Shown here in pieces: positions 44,586 to 58,472 of a stretch of 64,000 nt of DNA. The DNA is taken from the NCBI RefSeq assembly GCF_009914755.1, contig NC_060934.1, one strand, 5' to 3'. Each line of letters starts with the position of its first letter. Position 1 is the first letter of the stretch. A program made the position numbers and the translations under genes. A model generated the notes under the pieces. The model was not told where the DNA came from. It searched no databases and saw nothing but the letters and a program-made list of their open reading frames with translations. This DNA comes from the human T2T-CHM13v2.0 reference genome, Homo sapiens.

Positions 44586-44625
44586 CACACACATACACAC
44601 ACACATGCACACGCACACACACACA
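44586..44625. repeat. Imperfect (CA)n
   Basis: Direct inspection. Confidence 0.9.
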
Positions 44626-45052
44626 GAGGCACTCTAGCATGCCCTGCACTGTGACTTCTGTTTAGTGCAGATGAGTAAATCCCCTCAGGACAATCAGCTT
44701 GGAAACCTCAACTGACCCCTCTGTGTTTCCCTTGATGTTTGACTTTTGACCAGGTAAGCCCCATGTCCCTGGTCAATTTTTTATGCTTTTACAAAGATGT
44801 TTGTAATACTGTATCTAGAATTTTTTGAGGTTTTAAAAAAGTTGGGCGGGAGTCACTTTGAATGCTAGCTCACTTGACAAGTTTTCCCTGTAATCAATAT
44901 CAATATGGTTAATTTTTAAAAGTTTGAGCCCTTTTTCCTACAGTTTCCATTCTGCCTCAGAATTCTCTCTCAATACATTGGAGTTGATACATGAACTTAT
45001 GTTTATTTGGAATCCCTGGAGTAATAGAAGAAGCTTCCACGTTTCTTCCCAT

Positions 45053-45156
45053 TAGGGTGATTAACGATTCTGGTTTTTCTTAGGACTGTGGGGTTTCTCA
45101 GGATGTAGGGCTTTCAGTGCTAAGAATGAACAAACCAGGATGAGATAGTCACCCTA
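45053..45156. mobile_element. MER81-like hAT-Blackjack MITE
   Basis: Terminal inverted repeats tagggtga...tcacccta, about 100 bp. Confidence 0.8.
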
Positions 45157-45186
45157 TCAGTCATGATCAATGCTTTAACCACTGAG

Positions 45187-45720
45187 TGTAGGTGTGGATA
45201 ATCCACTCCTCTTTTCTCTGAGGAGGGAAGGAACCTTTACACATTACTAGTGGGAACAGACAAACCCATGACCCAATAGCTCCTTCCTCAACTCTGTTGC
45301 TTGGTCAGTGAAATGGCTCAGGGGGGGATAAAGGGAGCCTCTTGAAGACCTGCAGGACTCCTATTCATACAGAAGTCATTGATGCCACCTCCTCTAGCTC
45401 AGCTTTGGGTGCTCTCCTTTTTAGAAAGACAATTCCCTGGCCAGGAAGCTCCCATTGTCATATAGTGTGCTAGATGGCCAACTTCCCTATAAATATATAA
45501 AGTGGTGTGTGTGGGGGATCCCTCTCCCAAGCAATTCCTGTGATTCACCTTACCCGAGCTCTCCTCTTGGTGGGCTAATAAAAGACCAAAGGAGTGTGTC
45601 CTGTCTGTTAATTTTCTTCTTGTAAGTTTTTAATCAATAAACTTTATACCTGCACCACACATTCTAGAGGTATGTATGCCTGTACCCTTGTATTCCATCT
45701 AGGAATACAACAGCACAACA
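45187..45720 (+). mobile_element. Probable ancient solo LTR, family uncertain
   Basis: TGT...ACA ends, TATA-like tataaatatataaa at about 45488, AATAAA at about 45636. Confidence 0.45.
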
Positions 45721-46276
45721 CTAGATATTGCCCATGGTGAGCAGTTGGCCTAATCACCACGTTGCGAGAGATAAATGGCAATTTCCTTATGTGGAAATTT
45801 GGACCACCTCCCTGAGCGCAGGGGTAATGGCTTATATTTATGTAAATGTATTAGTATTAGTAAATGTATTAGAAAGTGTAACATGCTAATAGCGATGTGC
45901 CAGGGAAAGGAATTGGTGAATAAATAAATTAAATGAAAACAAAGGAAGAGGATCAGAATCACAAACGGATAAGACATTTCACTTAACCACACCTGGCTAA
46001 GAGTTTTTCCTTATTATATGAGGCAGCAGATCTCAACATGTGGTCCAAGGACCCCTAAGGTGCCCCAAACCTTAGGGGTTCTGTGAGGCCTAAATTATTC
46101 TCATAATAATACTAAGAGATCTGTAACTGTTTCTTCATTCTCATGGTCTCACAAGTGGACACTGGAGTTTTTCAGAAGCTACGTGATATTTATCATGGCA
46201 GAGAATACAGAAGCATCTACGAGAATTTAAATATTTTCCAGGAAGCCAAATACTAAAGAAATTTGCAGAAATAAGT

Positions 46277-46575
46277 GGCTGGGTATGGTGGCTCATGCTT
46301 GTAATTCTAGCACTTTGGGAGGCTGAGATGGGTGGATCACTTGAGCCCAGGAGTTCACAACCAGCCTGGGCAATGTGGCAAAACCCTGTCTCTACAAAAA
46401 ATAGAAAAATTAGCCGGACATCTTGGTGCATGGCTGTAATCCCAGCTACTTGGGAGGCTGAGGCAGGAGAATAACCTGAGCCCAGGAAGTCAAGGCTGCA
46501 GTGAGCCATGATTGTGCCACTGCACTGCAGTCTGGGTGACAGAGTATGACCAACTCCAAAAAAAAAAAAAAAATA
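46277..46575 (+). mobile_element. AluJ
   Basis: Dimeric Alu with poly(A) tail. Confidence 0.93.
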
Positions 46576-46787
46576 ATAACACACACACGTATACAAAATA
46601 CACACATATGTAAGACAAAGCCACTTTTGCTAAACATTTTCTGTGTTGAGAAAGATTTTCTTATAAACAATATGCCATTTATGTCAGCATGTAAAGAGTT
46701 TAGTGTTGTTATTTTCAAGTCATTTAATAAATAATTTGATTCTGTTTTCCTTTCATATATGGTAAATATCAATAGATAAAACCCATC

Positions 46788-47197
46788 TGTGTTAGTCTAT
46801 TCTCACATTGCTATAAAGAAATATCTGAGACTGGGTAATTTATAGAGAAAAGAGGTTTAATTGGCTCACGGTTCTGCACGCTGTACAGGAAGCACAGGGG
46901 CTTCTGCTGCTGGGGAGACCTCAAGAAGATTCCAATCATGGTGGAAGGTGAAGGGGGAGCAGGTGTCTCACATGGTGGGAGCAGGAGCGAGAGAGAGAAG
47001 TGGGGAGGTGCTATACATTTTTAAATGACCAGAACTCACTCACTATAGTGAAGACAGTATCATGGGAGATGACGCTAAACCATTCATGAGAAATCTGCCC
47101 GCATGATACAATCACCTCCCATGAGGCCCCCACTCCAACATTGGAGCTTACATTTCTATATGAGATTTTGATGGGAACACACATCCAAACTGTATCA
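46788..47197 (-). mobile_element. MSTA-like solo LTR (MaLR)
   Basis: tgtgttagtc...ctgagactgggtaatttata...ccaaactgtatca; 5-bp TSD ccatc at 46783-46787 and 47198-47202. Confidence 0.92.
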
Positions 47198-47976
47198 CCA
47201 TCTAAACCAAATTTTCTTGGGGGACCTCAATGACACTTAAGATTGTAAAGCGATCCTGAGACCAAAAAGGTTGAGAACCCCTGGAATGGAACCTGGAAAT
47301 TAATCCTGGAAACCCCACTGTAGTTACTCTGTGTATTGTATAGCTGTGTCACATGTGTATTAACAGTATTACGGGCTTATTAAAGTACATATAGTTCATG
47401 CCATATATAGTGTGGGTTAAGCCATTCTCAAATAAATATTTTTTGTTATCCCTTCCATCATTTACTCATAACAAATATTTATTGGCCATCTACTCCATGA
47501 GGGCCACCATGTTAGGTTTTACGGGCAAAACTGTAGCTCACAGAATGGAAACAGCAGGTAAGATAACAGGCCATCTCTATAGAATGTGATGAGAGCCACA
47601 AGAGGAGAACTGTGTGCCACGCCAGCATGAGGGTGGGCACCTCTTCCAGGCAAGGGAAGTCAGGGTGGGAGAAGTTTCCCAGAGGAGGCAGCATCTGACC
47701 TCCGACCTGAAAGATGAGAGGAGCTAACCAGGTGCTGACCAAGAGAGGTCAGTTCAGGGAGAAGGAACAGCACAGAAGGAACAGAACTCTGAGGCATCCT
47801 TATCTGAATCTCCTGAGTGTAAAGAGAGAAATCTACCTGCTGATTTCAGGTAGGGTAGATGGCTGCAAGAATTCATGGGGCTCATTCTGATGAATTTTGA
47901 ACAACACACCCTCAGGAGAGCTCTTCCTTTCACAAGGTTTGCCTTCTAGCTCTTTGACTTCCTAAGTGGATTGTGG

Positions 47977-48105
47977 GTCGGTCGCAGCGGCTCATGCCTG
48001 TAATCCCAACACTTTAGGAGGCTGAGGCAGGAGGATTGCTTGAGTCCAGGAGTTCAAGACCAGCCTGGGCAATATAGCGAGGCCCTGTCTCTATATTTTA
48101 TAAAT
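47977..48105 (+). mobile_element. FLAM_C-like monomer
   Basis: Single Alu left monomer. Confidence 0.88.
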
Positions 48106-48864
48106 GTTATTTTAAAAATTAGATTGTGAAGGCTATGCAGGACTAATAAATATCCAAGATTGCATGGAGCACATTTGACTGACCAGTGGGCAGAGACTCA
48201 CTGATAGCGAGACAGGGACCACATGGACAGCAGAACTTGCTCCTCTGCCTTCCATGGCATACAGGGACACAGTCACATTAGGCCACGCTTGTGTCATGTT
48301 TGTCTTGATGAAGAGCCACTATTCACAGAGCTTCCATGTAAACGTGGTTTTGCACAGGCCACGGAAACATCTGTTTCCTAACTGGATGGCCAAATACTGC
48401 CACATGACATATAACAGGACTGCACAGGCTTGAGGCATGCCTCGGAGGGAACGCAGGTGTCAGGAACCTAGTTGTGGGAGCGAGGGAGACTGCAATGGTA
48501 ACTCAGTGCTGTGCCCCCAGAATGGGGCTAGGGCAACCTATGTACTTCCTTCCTATCTCCAGTCTGGATTGTTCCAAGAAATAGGGTGCACGGGGATGAA
48601 GCAGATGGAAATGAAGTAAGAGAAAGAGTTCAATCATGGTGTTTTTCTGATGAGGACCCTCTCTTTTGTTAACTTCAAAATAAGTGAAAGCCACTCAGCC
48701 TAGGAATCATGGGAAGATACAAAATTATTTCATATGCTTCCTCAAAAGCCATTCTAAGGATACAATCACTCTAGGTTGCATTGCTTACCTAACATATATA
48801 TTATATAAATAATAAATATGTGTATAAGTTGTATATAATAAATAAATAAATAAATATTTATCTA

Positions 48865-49221
<357 letters not shown>

Positions 49222-51012
49222 TAACAAGTCAGAAAATAACTTTCATTGGAAAATAGTAATAGACAAGCATGTAACAAAACCCTTCTAGCTAGAAAGTATT
49301 TACATTTTTACAAAACGACTGTGGTCAACTCCACCTTCTCCCACTCTCCCTTGTCAGTGCAATCACAAATCCTGGGTCCTGGAAAAACGCAGGATAGCGA
49401 GAAACAAAGGAAGCACAAAATAGCAACAACAAGGCCAGGCTGCCTCCAAGTGAGTAACAGAATGCCTTGCAGGGATAGGGAGAAGGTGGCGAAATAGTGA
49501 CCTCGATGGGTCCAAAGCAGGTATGCAATGGAAACCTCCATCACAAGAAGAACCTCAAGCCCACTCCCTCTATTGAAATCATGAGCTCCTAGACTAGTCT
49601 AGGCATCCTGAAGGCTCTTTCGCTGTCGTGGGGTTTGTGGTGCAGGCTCTTGCTGCTTGGCAACAAGCTTGGGGCGCAACAAACTTCTAAACCACAAAAT
49701 AAAACGTGATTGGTTCCCCTGTGAGCAATACAATAGCACCCGTTAAAGGCTTACAGTTAAAATAAAGAGGCAAAGTAATTCAAAGAGTATGGGATCTGCT
49801 CCTAGTATAGGCACAAATTCACTGATTGAGTAGTTTAATTTCTTCTCTATTGCTGCTAACAAACAATATAACATTGGCTTTCCACTCTATAAAAACACTT
49901 TCAATTTTAATGACAATGTGCACATATATTTAGTTGTTTGTTTTCCAAAGCAAAGCCTGAACTTTGGAGGAATGACAGAGGAGAGTGGGGGTGGGGGTAG
50001 AAGAAATTCACCAAGTAGACTCAAATAATGGAGTCTATTTTTATATGCCAGGTATTTAAAAGTAGAAGGCCCAAAATAACACATTTGTTAACACATGGTT
50101 TTTGCGAATCGCCAACCATAAATTTTTTTCGTTGCCTGCATTCCCAAGTTGGTTTCGTAGAAGGCTTTATTGTAATCCAGGAGAATTGTTTTGCATTAAT
50201 TTCTATGACAAGGAACCCAAAACACAGGGTGCTGAGAGTAACAAAACAGAGTTAGGGAAACAGTCATGACTTGGCACAAAGTGTGACAAGCTGTAAAAAA
50301 GCGAATGTTTCAATATCTGAAGTGGTGTTGATTTCCTATGAGCAACCTTTTCTCTTCCAAACAGTATCATATTCTTTTCAAGCACATTTAGAACGCAAGT
50401 CAAGCTGTGTTTTATTTTTTATTATAATAAACACAGTCAGTTTACCGTAACAAAGACATACTAGTGGTAATCAGCTGAAAGCCAAATACGCCACCATAAG
50501 CTGGGCAGGGGGCTGCTGTGGCGGGGCTGGGGGCTGGGGGCTGGGTAGTCAACTGATAAAAGACCAGCCGTCTGGAAAGTTCTCTTAAAAGAACATAAAA
50601 AGGCAGTGTTTTCTTATGAGACTAACACAGAATGCCAAAATATCTAGCTGGGCTCTTTTTTTATTGTCACTTATGGCAATTTGTAACTGAAAATAGCAAT
50701 TCCTTCAAAATAGCGGGCTCTCATATTTGTTTTTTTAAATCTCCATAATAAAATGCAGAAATTTTATACATGGTTTTAAATGGTAATACTATTTTTTACA
50801 CAAGACTCTAGTAAGCATATTTATTGCTGTGCTACTCAAACTGATTTCTTTAAAATGACCATTTACATATGTTTATAATTTTACATGTACTTAGATTTTT
50901 GATAAAGATGAAATGAGTCATTCACAGGAAACAATCACAAATAAAGTTTATAAAACTTTCATGGTTAAATTAAATTCCTGAATTCAAATTTGTTAGGAAA
51001 TAATGTAAATCA

Positions 51013-51156
<144 letters not shown>

Positions 51157-51486
51157 TTAGTGAAACATATTTTAATATGAGAAAAATGGATCTCAATCTG
51201 ATCAAAAGAAAAATAAATTTCTACAGATTATCATCTTATATTATTACGGAATTATTATGCAAGCAAGTAAAATATACACAGAAAATACCGATTTATTTAC
51301 ACCTTTTCTCACCCCATGCCATCAAAATGTAACATCACAATAAAGCAAGTCCTACTCTGTCAAAAAGAACAATTTTACTTAAGGCTTTATGTGACCCATC
51401 TCTTATTTTAGGGTTTTGCGCTATGTCTATGTGCATATCAAACCACATTTATGCCAATTGAAAATAGCTATCAGAAGCATACACTG

Positions 51487-51845
51487 GGCTGGGTGCAGTG
51501 GCTCACACCTGTAATCCCAGTGCTTTGAGAGGCTGAGGCAGGAGGATTGCTTGAGGCCAAGGGTGTGAGACCAACCTGGTAGTCCCAGCACTTTGGAAGG
51601 CTGAGGCGGGTGGATCACCTGAGGTCAAGAGTTCAAGACCAGCCTGACCCACATGGTGAAACCCCATTTCTACTAAAAATACAAAAATTAGCTGGGCATG
51701 GTGGCACGTGCCTGTAATCCAAGCTACTTCGGAGGCTGAAGCAGGAGGATTGCTTGAGCCCAGGAATTTAAGGCTGCAATGAACTATGGTCGCACCACTG
51801 CACTCCAGCCTAGAAACAAGACCCTGTCTTTAAACAAACCAACCA
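51487..51845 (+). mobile_element. Chimeric three-arm Alu (J-left / S-left / J-right)
   Basis: Two successive left arms followed by one right arm. Confidence 0.85.
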
Positions 51846-52240
51846 TTTATTTGTGGGAGCTAGAAATTGAAACAATTGAACTTACGGAGATAGAGAGAAG
51901 ACGGATGGTTACCAGATGCTGGGAAGGGTCGTGAGGGGTGGGGTAATAGGGTTAATGGTACAAAAAAAAAACGGCTAGGAAGAATGAATAAGACCTAGTA
52001 TTTGATAGCACAACAGGGTGACCATAGTCAATACTTTAATTGTATATTTAAAAATAACTAAAAGAGTATAAATGGATTGTTCGTAATACAAAGGATAAAT
52101 GCTTGAGGTGATGCATACCCCACTTACCCTCATGTGATTATTACACATTCTATGCCTGTATCAAAATATTTCATATACTCTGTAAATATATACACCTACT
52201 AGGTACCCACAAAAATTAAAAATGAAAAAACAAACAAAAA
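51846..52240 (+). mobile_element. L1MA-like 3' end
   Basis: gaatgaataagacctagtatttgatagcacaacagggtgac...tacccacaaaaattaaaaat. Confidence 0.9.
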
Positions 52241-53401
52241 CCCCATTCACTGCAGGGCCCTTGTTCCCTTGTGACTTGCCTTTGTATTTACGTTGATCAA
52301 TTGCTGTTTGTGTGTGTTATAGGCTAGTAAAATTCAACCTTTCGTTGTGATATGCATTCAATTTAATTAATTCATGTCTGTATGAATTTAATAAACATCC
52401 CCAGTGTCACTGTTCTTGTTTCAGTTCTTTATTGTTTCCCTGGCTTATCCAAGCAACACCTTCACTGGACTCTGGTTCCGGGCTTTCCTCCCTCCCATTA
52501 ATTTTCTTTCTGAAACACAAATCTGATCCTGCCGCAATGTTCAAGGCTCTCCAACGCACTCAGAAGGTAATTCAAACCTTTCTGCATGAATATAATCTTC
52601 TGCCACCGTCCTCTGCCCCTTGCCACTCCTTGCCCTCATGTTCTCTTCAGCTACAGGAAACCACACGCCCTTTGCTATACAAGGTGCTTTTGCGTGGTAC
52701 TTAGAATACCCCTCCCAACTCTCCTGCATCTCTTTCCTGGCTAACTCTAACTGCTCTTCTCGGGGCCAATGCAGTATCCTTTCTCCAACCTTCCCTGATC
52801 CCGTAGAGTCCAGGCTGGGCATGCCTCTTGTGTGCCGCACACCAAACTCTGCTTCTCTGCATCCTGACGCTATCACACCTGTACTGTGCTCTCTGACTCC
52901 GGGTCTGCCTCCCTCCCAGAATGAAATTCATGAGAACAGAGTCTACTGTGGCAGCAGCTGGAAGACCGACACAGATACAGCTGGTATTTGATTCCTGGAA
53001 TTAAAACACAAAAGCTATGAATTCCATAACTGACCATGCTTAGCCCAGATAGATGGCAAGAGGTCAGCTTCCCCAAATTCAGTCCCATTTTCAACCTGTT
53101 TTTAAGTGCATCCAGGGCTTAAAAAAAAAAAAAAAAAAGGGTGGGGGGAACACGTGGTTATCTGAAGGCTTCTGAGTTGCTCCTTTCCATTCTTCCATTT
53201 CCTGCTTACACCCCCTTCCCCACACCCCTGGTCTCCCCACTCTGTCTGCCCCACTACAGATTCTTCCTATATAGTTTCATCAGATTCCTACTGCATTCTG
53301 GAGCCACATCCAGTCACAAGCAGTTCCACAAACCCCTGTCAGGCTTTATGCATTCATACCCTGTACCCAGCTCTTCCACTCTTGCCTGCCTGGAAAAATC
53401 A

Positions 53402-53740
<339 letters not shown>

Positions 53741-54099
53741 AAAATCAGCTCCAGTGGGCCTCAACAGGAGAACGTGAGAAAGGTTGTGGAACTGTTTATG
53801 AAGGTTTTCTAGAATCTTCCAGATGAAGCCAGGCATCTCTTCTCTAGTACACACTTCTCTTATAGTCCCTATCTCACTGCCCTGTGGTTTTGGTCTATCC
53901 CTGTAGACTTCACCTGTCTCCAGAAGGGACCATAGGTATATACATGCATTTTGTTTTTTCTAGCAGTAGCACAGTGCCTAGTACTTAAAGGCAACTAATA
54001 AACATTGCTGAACTAATTGATTTAGTGCAGGATATTGGAAAAAAACCAGCAAATATCAGCTGTCATTTGTTCAACAACATCTGAACTGCTTCCCAGTTG

Positions 54100-54250
54100 A
54101 CAAAGCATGCTGACATTCATTATCTCATTCAGTCCACACAGTACGCCTGGGAGAAACAGGAAGGAGGAGACAGGCACTGGCCCCAGGGGACCTAGTTCCA
54201 AAAATGGAACAGGAATCCAGGGTTCTAGATTCTTTCTGCTCAGTACCAAA
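54100..54250 (-). mobile_element. MIR fragment
   Basis: cattcattatctcattcagtccacacag...aggagacaggcac...ggaatccagg resembles the MIR core. Confidence 0.55.
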
Positions 54251-54348
54251 ATGTCCCTATATTCAATGTCTATGAGAAGTTCCAGTGCATGTAAAGAAAA
54301 AATGAAAAGAAAGACAGAATTAAAAAAAAAAATCAAGCAGATTAGGAC

Positions 54349-54911
54349 TCTGCTATACTATATTATATAATTTGTTATATATATTATATTATATTTATAT
54401 ATTATTTTATACATAACAAAGCTATCAGAAATATAATGTGAGTCATATATAATTTTGAATTTTATAGTAGCTGTGTTAAAAAGGCAACAGAAATAGGTAA
54501 AAGCAATTTTAATAATGTGTTTTTTATCCCAATATATATTCAAAATATTATTTCAATGTGTAATCAATATAAAAAAATATTAGTGAGACATTTCACATTT
54601 TTTACACCAAGTCTTTGAAATCTAGTGTGTATTTTTCACTCACAGCACATCTCAATTGGGGAGCTACGTTTTCATTGGAAATACTTTATTTGTATTCAGA
54701 TTTCATAAAATTTACAAATGAAAAAGTAGAGTCACATATCCAAGTTATCAAAAATATACAGAAAGGTTTTCCAAGAACTGAAATGAGTTTTTAAATTTGA
54801 ATTTAAATAATTGGAAATTAAATTATCAAAACTTAGTTCCTCACTTGCACTGGCCACATTTCAAGTGCTCAATAGCCACATGTGGCCAAGGGCCACCATG
54901 GCACAGTGCAG
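54349..54911. mobile_element. Charlie1b/MER33-like hAT element
   Basis: acagcacatctcaatt and gccacatttcaagtgctcaatagccacatgtggc. Confidence 0.85.
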
Positions 54912-55117
54912 ATTTAGAAAGCTGAGGCAGCACTTAACTGATATATTTAAACTCACAGATATAGCCAGCCATCAACTGGTGGCTTACCAGTGAGATTTTG
55001 TTTTTTTGCTTTAATTTGTTATTGTACTCCTTATAGAGAGTCAGAAGTACATGCTACTCATTTCTACCAGTGGTATACAGACTGAAGAGCTTGAGAAACA
55101 TTTTCAATAAAGAACCA

Positions 55118-55408
55118 GGCCCAGTGCAGTGACTCACACCTGTAATCCTAACACTTTGGGAGGACGAGGTGGGAGCATCACTTGAGGCCAGGAGTTTGAG
55201 ACCAGCCTGGGCAATATAGGGAGACCCTGTTTCTGCAAAAATAAAAAAATAAAAAATTAGCCAAGTGTGGTGGTACTCCTGTTTAGTCCCAGCTACTCTG
55301 GGAGCTGAGATGGGAGGATCGCTTGAGGCTGGATGTTTGAGGCTGCAAGTGAGATATTATTGTACCACTGTACTCTAGCCTTAGGGACAGAGTGAGACTG
55401 AGACATAG
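55118..55408 (+). mobile_element. AluJ
   Basis: Dimeric Alu. Confidence 0.92.
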
Positions 55409-55692
55409 AAGGGAAGGGGAGGGGAGGGGAGGGGAGGGGAGGGAGGGGAGGTGAGGGGAGGGGAAGGGAAGGGAAGGGAAGCAAAGAAGGAAGGGAGGGA
55501 AGAAGGAAGGGAGGGAGGGGAGGGAGGGAAGGAAGGGTGGGAAGGGAAGGAAGGGAGGGAAGGGAAGGAAGGGAGGGAAGGGTGGGAAGGAGGGAAGGAG
55601 GGAGGGAGGAAGGAAAGGAGGGAGGGAGGGAGGAAAGGAGGGAGGGAGGAAAGGAGGGAGAAAGGAGGGAGGAAAGGAGGGAGGAATGGAAA
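55407..55692. repeat. GA-rich low-complexity tract (GGGGA/GGGA/GGAA)n
   Basis: About 285 nt, almost entirely purine on the + strand. Confidence 0.97.
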
Positions 55693-55970
55693 AACTGGTG
55701 ATGGTTCCCTGGTTGGTTATTAAGTGAAACTAGAAGGCTGAGATTTCATTTCTGACCTTAGAGGTTGATGCCAAGAAGGTTAAATGGAATTTACATTATT
55801 GTCACTGCAAATAGGGTGAAGCCTAAGAAAATGAACTCCCCTTGTGAAAATCTGTGAGGGATTCAGTTATCAGGGAAACATCTCCCACCTCTGACCAATC
55901 AGGGTAACCATTTCTTTGAAAAATACTTCTTAAAAGTAGTTTTATCTAAAATCTGAGAATATCTTGAATG

Positions 55971-57637
55971 AGGAAATAAGAGAGGACACAAACAAATGAA
56001 AAAACATTCCATCCTTATGGATAGGAAGAATCAATATCATGAAAATGGCCATATTGCCCAAAGTAATTTATAGATTCAATGCTATTTCCATCAAACTACC
56101 ATTGACATTCTTCACAGAATTAGTAAAAACTATTTTAAATTTCATATGGAATCAAAGAAGACCCTGTACAGCCAAGACAATCCTAAGCAAAAAGAACAAA
56201 GTTGGAGGCATCACACTACCTAACTTCAAACTATACTACAAGGTTACAGTAACCAAAACAGCATGGTACTGGTACCAAAACAGACATATAGACCAATGGA
56301 GCAGAACAGAGACCTCAGAAATAACACCACACATCTACAACCATCTGATCTTCAACAAACCTGACAAAAACAAGCAATGGGGAAAGGATCTCCTATCCAG
56401 TAAATGGTGCTGGGAAAACTGGCTAGCCATATGCAGAAAACTGAAACTGGACCCTTTCCTTACACCTTATACAAAAATTAACTCAAGATGAATTAAAGAC
56501 TTAAATGTAAAACCCAAAACCATAAAAACCTAGGAGAAAACCTAGGCAATACCATTCAGGACATAGGTGTGGGCAAACACTTCATGACAAAAACACCAAA
56601 AGCAATTGCAACAAAAGCCAAAATTGACGAATGGGATCTGATTAAACTAAAGAGCTTCTGCACAAAAGAAACTATCATCAGAGTGAACAGGCAACCTACA
56701 GAATGAGAAAATCTTTGCAATCTACCCATCTGACAAAGGTCTAATATCCAGAATCTACAAGGAACTTAATCAAATTTACAAGAAAAAAACAAACAACCCC
56801 ATCAAAAAGTGGGCAAAGGATATGAACAGACACTTCTCAAAAGAAGACATTTACGTGGCCAACAAACGTGAAAAAAAGCTCAACATCACTGATCATCAGA
56901 GAAATGCAAATCAAAACCACAATGAGATACCATGTCACACCAGTCAGAATGGCGATTATTAAAAAGTCAGGAAACAATAGATGCTGGTGAGGCTGCAGAG
57001 AAATAGGAACACTTTTACACGTTAGTGGGAATGCAAATTAGTTCAACCATTGTGGAAGACAGTATGGAGTATTCCTCAAGGATCTAGAACCAGAAATACC
57101 ATTTGAACCAGCAATCCCATCAATGTGTATATACTCAAAGGAATGTAAATCATTTTACTATAAAGAGACATGCACACATATGTTTACTGCAGCATTATTT
57201 ACAATAGCAAAGACATGAAACCAACCCAAATGCCCATCAGTGATAGACTGGATAAAGAAAATGTGGTACATATACACCATGGAATACTATGCAGCCATAA
57301 AAAGGAATGAGATCATGTCCTTTGCAGGGATATGGATGAAGCTGGAAGCCATCATCCTCAGCAAACTAACACAGGAACAGAAAACCAAACACCGCATGTT
57401 CTCACTCATAAGTAGGAGTTGAACATTGAGAATACATGGACACAGATTGGGGAACAACACACACCAGGGCCTGTTGGGGGGCTGGGGGGTGAGCAGAGAG
57501 AACTTAGAGGATGGGTCAATAGGTGCAACAAACCACCATGGCACATATATACCTATGTAACAAACCTGCACATTCTGCACATGTATCCCATTTTTTTAGA
57601 AGAAATAAAAGACAAAACATTTTTAAAAATTAAAAAA
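55971..57637 (+). mobile_element. 5'-truncated L1PA (PA8-class), 1.67 kb
   Basis: ORF 56039-56491 [14 protein letters not shown]...[26 protein letters not shown] is L1 ORF2; 15-bp TSD agaatatcttgaatg at 55956-55970 and 57638-57652. Confidence 0.96.
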
Positions 57638-57689
57638 AGAATATCTTGAATGGCAATATCAGGCCTGGCTGAAATCTGAACCTAAACTT

Positions 57690-57890
57690 AGGCACATGTG
57701 GTGGCTAAGCTCTTCAAATGTGGCTAGTGCAACTGTGAAACTGAATTCTTAATTTTGTCTGATTTTAATCCATTTTAACTTAAAAATGGATACTCGGTTC
57801 AGTTACTGGAAGATATTTATGTTTATTTGGAATAACTTGGGGATGTGAATCTGCTTGTTTATCTGTAAACTGTATGAACTGTAAATGCAT
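57690..57890. mobile_element. Charlie1-like fragment
   Basis: cacatgtggtggcta...aaatgtggctagtgcaactgtgaaactgaatt. Confidence 0.65.
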
Positions 57891-58149
57891 TCCTATTCTA
57901 TTCATCTCTTGGAGTATTTTTCAGTGCCTCAGGCATCGTGCTCCCCACTAAGAGACCAGATAGCGCAGTTTCCACCCTCATGGAGCCTCCAGTAGGGCAG
58001 GGAAGATAGACCATAACAGAATGGTAACTGAGAGCCACAATAGGGAAGTTTGCGGATAAATGAGAACAGAGTAGGGAAGCCCCACGTGTGCAGGGAGAGC
58101 AGGAATTGCTGAGATCCTACTGCATTCAATTCAATGAGCTAAGAAATCT

Positions 58150-58472
58150 TGTTGTTGTGGGGGTTGGTGGTGTGTGTGTATGTGTGTTTCAGACAGGGTC
58201 TCACTCTGTTGTCTAGGCTGAAGTGCAGTGGTGCAATTCTAGTTCACTGCAGCCCCGAACTTCTGAGCTTAAACAATCCTCCTACTTCAGCATCCCGAGT
58301 AGCTGGGACTACAGATATGTGCCACCACACTCGGCTAATTTTTTTAATTTTTATAAAGAAGGGGTCTCACTATGTTTTCCAGTCTGGCCTTGAACTTCTG
58401 AGCTCAGAAGATTCTCCAACCTTGGCCTGCAAAGCTGCTAGGATTACAGGTGTGAACCACTGCGCCCCACCT
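58150..58472 (-). mobile_element. AluJ
   Basis: Antisense Alu; TSD gaaatcttg. Confidence 0.9.

Larger units (their letters stand above)
46024..47283 (+). mobile_element. Charlie4a-like hAT transposon interrupted by an AluJ and an MSTA
   Basis: Ends cagcagatctcaa and ttgagaacccctg; tattctcataataatactaaga. Confidence 0.75.

Noticed and set aside
55451-55723. Gly/Glu/Arg/Lys-rich 90-aa ORF
   Set aside because: Translation of the GA-rich simple repeat
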